Positions 10,668 through 21,064 of a DNA stretch of 35,514 nucleotides are shown piece by piece. How positions within the stretch are numbered: the first letter of the stretch is position 1; each line of letters begins with the position of its first letter. Source of the DNA: Macrostomum lignano. Taxonomy: Eukaryota. The notes below the pieces were generated by a model, which was not told the DNA's origin, did no database searches, and saw nothing but the letters and a program-made list of their open reading frames with translations. The translations under genes and the position numbers were made by a program. The stretch is from positions 1-35,514 of the forward strand of contig NIVC01004766.1 of NCBI GenBank assembly GCA_002269645.1, in the 5' to 3' direction.

Positions 10668-12317
10668 CTATGCTTTACAGACCTTCAGGAACCACTCGTA
10701 AACTGAATGTGTACACATGCACTACCACAAACCCCTTTAATGTATATTTGTAGAAGTTTTATGTTGGACTTTTCAACAGAGTCGCTGCTTTCAGTAAATC
10801 ACCCTACGGCTACTGCATTTTCTGGCACAATGACGAATTGTTTTCTGTTAGCAAGAATGCGAGCGGCAATTATTACAAAACCGGACTTAAAGTTCAATTA
10901 TTTTTGTTCCAGAAACTTTTTTGTTTTGTTGGCCTGCCGGCTTTCTGCTGTAATGCCAGTACGAAATTCCACCGGACCAAGATGAAGAATGATGACGTCT
11001 GAAATGAATTTGCACTAATTTGTACTATTGAGGCTGGGCCCAGTTCGGCTAGCTAATGGTTATAGTGAGTGTCTGCACTGCTTAGACAGGCTTTGTGCTA
11101 CACTACGATAGTGAAGAGATATATGGCGCTAAGCTACATGTATGCATTTAGTTGCAACAGTCTGGTTCAGTTAGACGTTGGATGCATCTTCGTGAAAAGT
11201 CGACGGTACCCGTAACCTATATTTGAATGCCCATCATTTATCATTATCTGACAGTAAGTCCAGTCACTTGATTGCAAGGAAGCTGCAGATGTTTGCGAAA
11301 TTGTTTTTTTTATAAACTTTTATTAATCCAATTTGAAATTAATATAGTTATGCATTTAGTTATTCATGGATGTCGCCATGGATGTTTTATAATCAATTTG
11401 TAACGATTGGGTCTTACGGAGGCGTCTTTCGGAGCTGGCGAAACCCTTTGAAAATTGCATGTAGAGATCGTAGCAACATGGTAGAATTCCCCTCAGGGGA
11501 TTCCTGAGTGCGAACTCAAACAGACACTGGAGTATTTTTCGGGTAGCTAATAGTAGTCCTTGGGGATAGTCTGCTGTATCAATTTGAAGATAAAATAGAT
11601 GAACTGCACCCAAAGTCCAAAAAAGAAGCATTCAATCAATTTTATTAAACGCAGAAGTTTTCAACAAGAGTCTGTTGAACTCAGTCTGCAAAAAAGTACA
11701 TTGATTATCAGTATTTCAGTAGATAGTTAATCTACAATTTATGAGTGAATTCTGCAAGCTTGGAATTCCATGTCTTCGAAATCGTGTGAGTTGTGAGCTA
11801 TCAAAAGTGGTTAGTGACACTTTTCGAGCTTGTGAACTTGATTCGAGCTTGTTACGTTTCGAGGTTGCGAAACGCTCCTAGTGGGATTAAAAGTTGGCCA
11901 ATTTTTCTCGAGTGTAACGCCCTATAGCGACCACTAGAAGCTACCATGCTCCCGTTGAGATCGTCATAAAAAGCAAAACTTCGCTCCCCCTGCGGTTGTA
12001 TTTCAATTTGCTTTAGCAGGTCAACAGCTGATTGAGATTGGTCACCAGTGCAGTACTCTCCTCCCTATTCCGGCCATTTCTTCCCTAGCTTTGGATCTGC
12101 AGGCCACTCAGCGTTCGCCAAAAGCTCGGCTTATGCAGCTGCCGAGCCCAATGCGGGGTGGGCAAGGCGGACTGTTTTATATACGATGCAGGCCCCGTCG
12201 CAGCAGCCGCGGTCGTGAAATGCTTCTTCCCTGCGGAACCAGATCTGGGACCTTATAATAATAATAAAGAACCTTTGAAGGTGCGAAAGAGCATCGCGAA
12301 AAAAGGGTAGCTGAGCC

Positions 12318-14891
12318 ATGACTTTCCACGAAGTTTTCCAGCAGTTCTGCAGCAGCACTTCGCTGCGCGGAGCCGGTCGGCTTGTGAAAGCGCCAACTCG
12401 ACATCTGCGGGCGATCTGGGCTGGCTACCTCTGCCTGATGGCGGCCGCCCTCATCGCCTGCGTGTGCTTCATCGCCAAGGACTACCTGCAGTACAAGACC
12501 ATCATCCAGACCACTATCGTCCTGAACGACCCCACCATTGCGATACCGGCCGTGACCGTCTGCAATCACTACCCATTCTCGAAGACGGCGGCGACTCTGT
12601 GGAGCAGCGGACAGGTTCTCTCGCCAACGAATTTCTCGCACGAACTGCGTCGCACAGCGTTTCAGCTGTTTAATTCGAGCGAGTTCTTGATGGCGGAGAA
12701 CGTACTGGCGAGCGACACCAAGAAAGTCTATTACCAGTCGCTAGAGCACAACGATGCCGTTAATCTCAGCTTCTCTGTGCCGCAGTTGTTCATCTTCTGC
12801 GTCACGGGTGTCGGGCCGTTCGTCGAGATCAGCAATTGGAAAGACTGCAGCCTGCTGTTGAAGCGAGTCAGCCTGCCGTCTTACTTCAACTGCTATCAGG
12901 TAGTTTGATTGCAGATCGCCTATACATGTGGCTGTTACACACCTGTGGCATGAGGTCGTAAATTCACCTGGAGGGAGCGAACGGCGGGAACTGAATTACA
13001 GACCGCCCGTGTGCATGTAATAAATTAACATCTGGGCGCCTAGCTAGACTTTTGTACACCGAATGACCTGGAGTGGAGGCATTTGCATACATTATAGAAA
13101 ACAAAAAGTTTGCCTGTTTTACAATGGACGGCATTTCTTAGCTGGACTAAAGCTATAAGTGAAATTACCGGATGCACTTTTTAAAACTAGGGTCAAGATC
13201 TTTTAAAACTTTTTTTGCTCTGCCAATCAGAGAATTCGGTGGATCTTTCAGTTCGTTGAGTAGGTTGCACTAGGAAGTCAGTGAAAGTACCTTAAAAGTA
13301 CCAAAAAAGAGGGTAAACCGAGTTTCTCACAGGCAACTCCATACAACCTACTCAAAGGTGCAAGCTCCGCGAGACATCGACTGGCTGACTCTGGTGCTCC
13401 GCGTCTCCAGCGCGGTGCCAAACGAGTACGAGGAGGCCTTTGTGCAGGACATCTTCGAACAGGCCGACGGCATTCGGCTAGAGGTGCACGAGAACGACAC
13501 TTACCCGGAGCCGACTCTGAAGGGCATCCACGTGGAGCCGGGTAAGTTAGTCGAGATCAGCTACAAGACGGAGCGCTGGGCCGAGGTCGACAGCCCAGCC
13601 GACGCCTGCATGTCTGCCGAGGCGGCGAGTCAGCGAAAAATTCGCGACCTGGACGAAGAGTTCGCCTACTCGTACGAGGCCTGCCTGAGGCAGGAGCTTG
13701 GCAAGCTGGCGTTGGAACGCTGCGGCTGTCACTACGTCAAATACCTGCGCTCCTCGGTGCCAAACGGCAGCCATCCGTACTGCGGAGACACCCGCATTGG
13801 CATGCGAAAGATGCTGGCCAACATCGACTGCCTGAATCGGCTCAACTTGGACTCCGAGCGGGAGCGCCTTAGCAGAAGCGTGTGCCTGATGCCCTGCCAC
13901 TTTCACTACTTTGACACGGTGGCCTCAAAGACTGTCTGGCGAGCTACTCAGTGGCAGCTGCACTGGCTGATGCAGCACTCGCGCTGCTTCCGCGATCTTG
14001 ACGAGGCCAGCAAGCGGCTGGAGATGGGCGGCCTGCCGCCAGACGAGGAGCGCCGATTGAGAGAAAAACTGGAGCAGGCCAGCGTAACCATGAAGACGTT
14101 CTTCGAGACTGCGAACATCACCAAGGCGGCGTCGGCAGACGGTGGCACGAATGGCTTTGACGAATCGGCGGAGGAGAAACAACAGACTCTGGACCAAGTG
14201 ATGCCCAAGTTAGAGGCTGCTTTGGCTATAGTTGGGTGCAAGTAACAACTGGTACTGAGAGGGCTGTTTTACATGCAGATCCTTTCCCGTACAGCGTACA
14301 TCGATTTGATGCCAGCGACTTCGGCTGTACTTTTACTTTTACATTACATCGACGGAAAATGACGTCATACGTCGGCTAAACGTCGATGCAATGTAAAATT
14401 AACGTCTAGATAGACGTCTTGTCCCCTTTCATGCCCCCATGTTTAACACTGCGGGAAGGATCAGAAAGTCAGGGCTGCTAGAGACACCCTGTGTAAGCGA
14501 GTGCCTGGGTACTTATCCATGCGAGTGCTCAGGGATCAGCGTAATGGGCCTGACTGCTGGTCGCCTTTGATGTGCTGGAGTGCCCCACCCCCCTCCCTCT
14601 GCAATGCAGCCTCGCTAACACCAGCTCCCAATTCGGACATTCCTCAGAGACGACACCAACTTTGCCTACGTCACGATCCGTCGGCAGTCGAGAAACACGG
14701 TGCAAAAGACGGAGATCCTGTCGCTGGGATTAAGCGCCTTGATGAGTCAAATTGGCGGTCTGTCCAGCCTGTTTCTCGGCCTCACCTGCGCGGTGGCGGT
14801 GGAGCTGCTCGAACTCTGCCTGCTGAGGCGCTACCAGTCAAATCAGAAGCGGAAAGAGAACCAGCAGCAGCTGCCGCAGCAAGTTTTGTGA
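12318..14891 (+). CDS. DEG/ENaC/ASIC-family (amiloride-sensitive sodium channel superfamily) subunit, 3 exons, 558 aa
   Basis: Exons 12318-12899 (phase 0), 13358-14208 (phase 2) and 14648-14891; total 1677 nt, in frame, GT-AG junctions. Motifs: FCxxTSLRG, TM1, PAVTVCN, NCY, GIRLEVH, Cys-rich thumb (YSYEAC...CGC...PYC...CLMPC), NFAYVTI, TM2 LMSQIGGLSSLFLGLT...ELLE. AATAAA at 15141-15146. The exon-2 acceptor (ctcaaag at 13351-13357) is the least certain junction. Confidence 0.92.
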
Positions 14892-15781
14892 AGTTTGGCT
14901 TTAGAAAAATGTTCATCTTCGAGATGCCTGCCTGCCTGCAACATTTTAATTATGAATTCGTATTTAAATATTCGCTGGTTGAATCGCGGTCAAGTGCAAA
15001 AGTACTTTTATTATACGCTTATGCTTGCTTGGTGCAATAGGAAAACAAGAGCGCGACTGCTGTCTCTAGGGAGGCTGAAGCTGCAGAACGTTGCAGGCGC
15101 GCATCCCTTATTTTGCCCTACTAGCGTTTCTTGAAATACCAATAAAATATAAAGTTGGCAAAGAAGAAACAAAATAGCAACAGTAATTACTACGTGTACA
15201 GCATGGTACTCAGGTTGAATCAATAAGCTAATTATGATTAAATATATAAACAAATAATCAAACAAATAAAATAAAAATTGGAAACAGATAAAAACTTTTT
15301 AGCAAACGTGCTTGCAAGCATTCAATAATCGGATAGACAAGGTATATACTATCCCATGCATTCTTTTGCATTTTTTTAATATTATAATTATACATATTAT
15401 TAGATTATTATTCTTAGAAATGACCCCCATGCCGGTAACGGGGAACGCATATTTGTCGTATTGCTAGTGCATTTACGTGTTCTCTCAACCAGATCGAATA
15501 GCGCTGATTAATAGGGTTTTTCCGTGGACAAATTCTAGTTGAAAAAATCCGATTTCTACAAAATCACAAGTTCTTTGAAAGTTTCTTACTCAGTTATATT
15601 TAGAAAATTACAAAAATTTGCTGCATGAATAGACTGATACTCAATTTAAATATAGCAAAATGCTTGAAAGCAAAATTATCAGTCGGTTCGCTTTTAGTAG
15701 AGAAATACAGAATTGATCCAGATTTTGCTGGAGACCGGCTTTTATTGCACTTTTTATTGGCGGGACAAAATATACGAGCTG

Positions 15782-16085
<304 letters not shown>

Positions 16086-16271
16086 CCTGTCTGTGTGTTT
16101 AGTCCTCTTCTTCTTCCTCTTCGTCCTCTAACAAAATGATGATGCAACAAACTTAAAGAAATCTGATATTTAAAGCTCAGTACGTCAATTAAAACTAATT
16201 TACATTTATTTGTTTTGTCTATAAAAATGCGGGTTCTACAGTTCAAGCCTGTAAACCTACTATAAGTAGCA

Positions 16272-18753
16272 CTAAGCAGGTTTATTGCAAAAGTTTTGAT
16301 AGCTCATTTCGGAATCGTGGGAAACAGTGATTGGCTGCAGACCATCGCATATTGAGCTGGACAGAGGCGCCAGTTCTGTGAATGCTTCTAAAGTCACGTG
16401 ACTGCCTGCCCCGCCACCGCGGCGCTGCCAGGCCACGGCGGCCACGTGACCCAGAGGCAGCCGGTGCTCCTCGAACAACCAATCAGAGCTCGCCGAACCG
16501 TCAATGTACACGATGGATCGCGAGGTCGTGAGAGGAAGGTCTGTGGCGTCGAACAGGAAGTCGGGGTCGGGCTGGCAGTTCAGGCGGGACAGGCTGAACC
16601 CGATCCCATCGCCTGTGGCCTTCACGACCGACTCTTTGAGACACTGCGGACAAGCATTAGAAACTGCAGAAATTGTCACGGGGTGCACTAATTAGAGTGT
16701 CAGGAGATGCACTAATTAGGTGTCAGGAGATGCACTAATTAGGTGTCAGGAGGTGCTCTAATTAGGGTGTCAGGAGATGCACTAATTAGGTGTCAGGAGA
16801 TGCTCTAATTAGGGTGTCAGGAGTTGCTCTAATTAGGGTGTCAGTGGTTGGCACTAATTAGGGTGTCAGGAGGTGCACTAATTAGGTGTCAGGAGATGCA
16901 CTAATTAGGTGTCAGGAGGTGCTCTAATTAGGGTGTCAGGAGATGCTCTAATTAGGGTGTAAGGGGTTGGCACTAATTAGGGTGTCAGGAGATGCACGAA
17001 CTAGGGTGTCAGAGGTGTACTTATTAGGGTGTCAGAAATTGCACTAATTATGGTGTCAGGGGCTGGCACTATTAATAAAAATAGGTGACACAAGGTTACC
17101 AATGATTTCAGGGAAGATTTCTCCCCCACAAAAGAACTCGCTACACAAGTTCTCATGGCGCATCCGCACTCACCCAGATCCTGTAGAACGCAGCCAGCTG
17201 CTGAGAGTCTCCGCCATGCGACCTGACGAAGCGCCACTCATCCTCAGTCAGCTGACGGCGCATGATGCGGAAGAACGACTCGGCAGACGATTCGCCTCCT
17301 GTTGATTTCGGATTGGAAAATATTAGATTAAAAATGCGCTTGACTTGCCTACTACGAGTAGTTGAATGAGGAGCAGAATGTGGGTTAAAGTTGCGTAGAT
17401 TGGAGATTTTAAAGACTGGGGATTTTGAAGTTTGGGATTGTGAAGCTTGGAGATTGTAAAGCTTGGAGATTTTGAAGATTGGAGATTGTGAAGTTTGGGG
17501 GATTGTGAAGCTTGGAGATTGTGAAGCTTGGAGATTGTGAAGCTTGCGGATTGTGAAGCTTGGAGATTGTGAAGCTTGGGGGATTGTGAAGCTTGCGGAT
17601 TGTGAAGCTTGGAGATTGTGAAGCTTGGGGGATTGTGAAGCTTGGAGATTTTGAAGCTTGGGGATTGTGAAGCTTGGAGATTGTGAAGCTTGGAGATTTT
17701 GAAGCTTGGGGATTGTGAAGCTTGGAGATTGTGAAGCTTGGGGGATCGTGAAGCTTGGAGATTTTGAAGCTTGGAGAATGTGAAGCTTGGAGATTTTGAA
17801 GCTTGGGTATTGTGAAGCTTGGGGATTGTGAAGCTTGGAGATTTTGAAGCTTGGGGATTGTGAAGCTTGGGAATTGTGAAGCTTGGAAATTGTGAAGCTT
17901 GGAGATTGTGAAGCTTGGGGATTGTGAAGCTTGGGCATTGTGAAGCTTGGGCATTGTGAAGCTTGGGGATTGTGAAGCTTGGATATTGTGAAGCTTGGAT
18001 ATTGTGAAGCTTGGGGATTGTGAAGCTTGGATATTGTGAAGCTTGGGCATTGTGAAGCTTGGGCATTGTGAAGCTTGGATATTGTGAAGCTTGGAGATTG
18101 TGAAGCTTGGAGATTGTGAAGCTTGGAGATTGTGAAGCTTGGGGATTGTGAAGCTTGGAGATTGTGAAGCTTGGGGGATTGTGAAGTTTGGGATTTTGAA
18201 GCTTGTCACGCACTCATAGAGCCGTTCACACAGGGTGTACAGCGTCCCTGACTTTTGAATCGTCTGGCATGTACACTTTCTCTGGCTTGTGGGCTCCAGG
18301 GGTGGCCTAAGAGTAGGACGCGTTTACCGCTCAGTCAGTTGCTCTGCCCCCCACCCCAAAATCTTTGAGATTTCTAATAAAGAATTACGCACTGGGCAGG
18401 GTGGCCTTCATCACATCGCAGCCAACACGGAGCCCTGGCCCGCAGACACCGCACAGAATGAGCACGTCGCCCTGGTGGCTGATGTTGAAGTCGGCCTCAA
18501 AGCCAGCCAGAAACGGGCGCCCCTTGTCGCTGCGCTGCAGGCAGGCGGTCAGCTGCGAATTGTCCAGCCCAGTGGCCGAGGTGCCGAAACGCCGGGCCAG
18601 CAGGCGGCTGGCGAGAGCAGCTTTGCTGTCGCGTCGGTGCAGGAACTGCTCGACATGCCGACGCTCCTCGGCCGACACACAGCTGAGGCAGAGGCGCCAA
18701 TCGTCTTTGCTTGGCAGCCAGGCCGACGTGCGAAAAAGCCAGCGGATTGTTGG
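16272..18753 (-). CDS. AASDHPPT: L-aminoadipate-semialdehyde dehydrogenase-phosphopantetheinyl transferase (Sfp-type PPTase); 3 exons found, start codon absent from these exons
   Basis: Exons 18753-18393 (phase 1), 17298-17174 and 16643-16272, all GT-AG and in frame. Motifs: RWLF..WLPS..DW, EERRHVEQF...DSKAAL, KGRP, FNISHQGD, VGCDVM, FFRIMRRQLT..EW, FYRIWCLKESVVKATGDGIGFSL, W.FEE. AATAAA on the minus strand at 16210-16205. Confidence 0.93.
16678..17072. repeat. 23-24 bp minisatellite (gggtgtcaggagatgcactaatta) in an AASDHPPT intron
   Basis: About 16 tandem units. Confidence 0.95.
17398..18204. repeat. 16-17 bp minisatellite (ttggagattgtgaagc) in an AASDHPPT intron
   Basis: About 50 units, most containing aagctt. 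Source of the PSFTIPKLHN ORFs. Confidence 0.95.
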
Positions 18754-20760
18754 CTAAAGTGCATACAATGTACTTTGATTTTTAATATTATTGTAATATA
18801 AAAAAATAAAATATGAACAAAAATTTTAGCAAAATTATGCTTATTACATTTCTAATAGCATTGAACTACAAGCAGTAGGCTACTTAGAGTCTTCAATTAC
18901 TTGGGCTATATGCTTCTAGTTTATTGCAAGTTTCAAACTTATGTTATAGGCTAAATAACAATTCTTACTTAAAAAGCATATTTTAATTTTGTTATCTATC
19001 TAGTAAGTTACTCATTGCAATAGCAATAAATTTGATAAAATATTTTATAACATTTTAAATAGCTAGGAATGTCAAACATTTAGGAAGATATATGTCAAAC
19101 ATTTAGAAAGATATAAATAGTACTTTAATATTCTTATGAAAATTCAAAAGATTCTTGCTTACTAAGTTGTTTATTAGTGTCAGTACCAATGACCTAACTT
19201 TTCAATACATGTATATATAGGGCCTACTCATATAAAGCTAGGTAAATAGTTTTTTATTAGAATAAAAATGGAAAATAAGATATGACTTTATATCTTTAGT
19301 ATTATTTTAGGATCTATTTTCAAATCTCCAAAAATGGGTACATCCTTTTGTATGACAAAATTAAATAAGCAATTGATATTGATTTAAAAAATTATATTCT
19401 ATTTAGAAACATTTACCATTAATTATAATAAGGGCCCCATATTAATTTGATATTTTTTAGAATATAAAAAAGAAGAATAACAGCAACAGTGAACAGATAA
19501 ATATAGATTTAAAATATTGATAAATAATGAACTTATTATCAATAATACAGCTAGAAAGTGTATATATACTATATAGGATGACTTATCTCAAGTAATTTAA
19601 GTTACTATTCTATTTTAGGAAAGATATAAAAGAAAGAAGGCTAATTAGATTTACCTTTCTAATTAATAAAAGGTTTATAACTGTTTATCAATATTTATTT
19701 CCTTGCATACATTTATTTGTTTGCTTTTTGGCCAAAACTAGTCTTTGAGACACAAACACTTATCTATGTCTATGTCTATGGATGCTCACAAATTTGGCAA
19801 CAGAAATTCACCATGGACAATATCGGCAAAAGCAAATCCAGCAACAATCTAGGCAAATTCAGCGAAAAGTCTTTTTCTATAATTATAGCTAAATACTAAA
19901 AATGGTCTGTCGGTATCTAACTATCTTTATAGCTAAAGTTAAAGAAAATTATATGTAATAAGGTTTTTTAAAATGCTCGTGAAAGTTCCATTCTTCCCGA
20001 AATTTGGCTTTGCATTTCTGTCCACTTCCTTAAAGCCATTGGCACTGTAAAGATACTCTTTTGCACTTAAATAATTGCAAATAGATTATTATAGCTTAAA
20101 ATGACAAAAGTACTTTAATAGAAATAAATTCCAAAGCTTAAACGCTGATACAAACAATGCAAATAATTATGAAAAATTTATGAAGTGCTTGATATAAGCA
20201 GTAGTAAACAAGCGATGCAAACATCATCATAAAAACATGGCACATGCACATGGCAGTTACCACATTAGCTGTGAAAGTTGTAAAAGTGAATAGATATTGC
20301 TGTAGAATTATGTATGCCCAATAAGATTAGAGTCAAATTAATTATAGTTCATCAGTGCGCACAGTCCGTTGATGACAACTCTGCATAGTCAACTTAATAT
20401 GGTTGTTTGTTTGGTTTGGCTTAGCTAGCCAATGTATACATTCGAGGAAAGCATGGCTTTTAAATTTTAGCAAACAAAGCGAAAAAACAAAGAAATCAGC
20501 AAAGAAAAACATTCACATATAAACAAAGCAAAACAGCAGAACAGTTACTATTAGAACTTGATCTTTCATTGGCACAAAATCAACTTAAATAGCTTGTGAG
20601 TTATGATTTCCTACGGTACTACTATTCGAAACTCAAAATGTTCAGCTAAGAATGAAACATTATTCATCCTGATTCTTCTACTTCTGGTACTATAGTAGCA
20701 ACATGTAAAATAAATTTTAATGATATACATACAGAAGTGAAAGAATAATATAAGAATTGA

Positions 20761-21014
20761 TCGAAAAGGCACAAGCTCTAACCCTAACCCTAAATCCTAA
20801 CCCTAAGGCCCCAACCCTAACCCTAACCTATAAGCCTAAACCCTAACCCTAACCTATAAGCCTAAACCCTAACCTTATGAGGCACAAGCCCTAACTCTAA
20901 CCCTTTTCGACTCGAAGGGTTAGAGGTCGAGCTTATGACTTTTCGAGCTTGTCATTAAGCCTAAATCACAGGCTTCTAAATCAGTTTTCGACGATGCGAC
21001 TTTTCGAGCTTGTA
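20761..21014. repeat. Interstitial telomere-like (CCCTAA)n tract bracketed by 18-bp inverted repeats; probable non-autonomous element
   Basis: Degenerate ccctaa run at about 20777-20905. IR pair tcgaaaaggcacaagctc (20761-20778) and gagcttatgacttttcga (20929-20946), 16/18 match. Confidence 0.7.
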
Positions 21015-21064
21015 TAATGTGACTCTCGATTGAAAATGAAATTTTGCCAATCTGAAATGCGCGT

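Noticed and set aside
15415-15470. Helitron 3' end (cccc..gggg hairpin followed by CTAG)
   Set aside because: The hairpin is short and imperfect, lies about 20 nt from CTAG, and no 5' end could be identified.
17153-18213. 261-296 aa PSFTIPKLHN ORFs
   Set aside because: Translations of an intronic 16-bp array. Only the last ~42 codons of the 17153-17938 ORF are the true AASDHPPT exon.
18549-18764. ATG at 18764 as the AASDHPPT start
   Set aside because: It is out of frame with the conserved RWLF coding frame and would need an indel. Kept only as an alternative explanation.
18780-20760. Very AT-rich 2-kb block as a mitochondrial insertion or transposase remnant
   Set aside because: No recognisable protein or rRNA similarity in the frames I read. 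Treated as intergenic/outron DNA.
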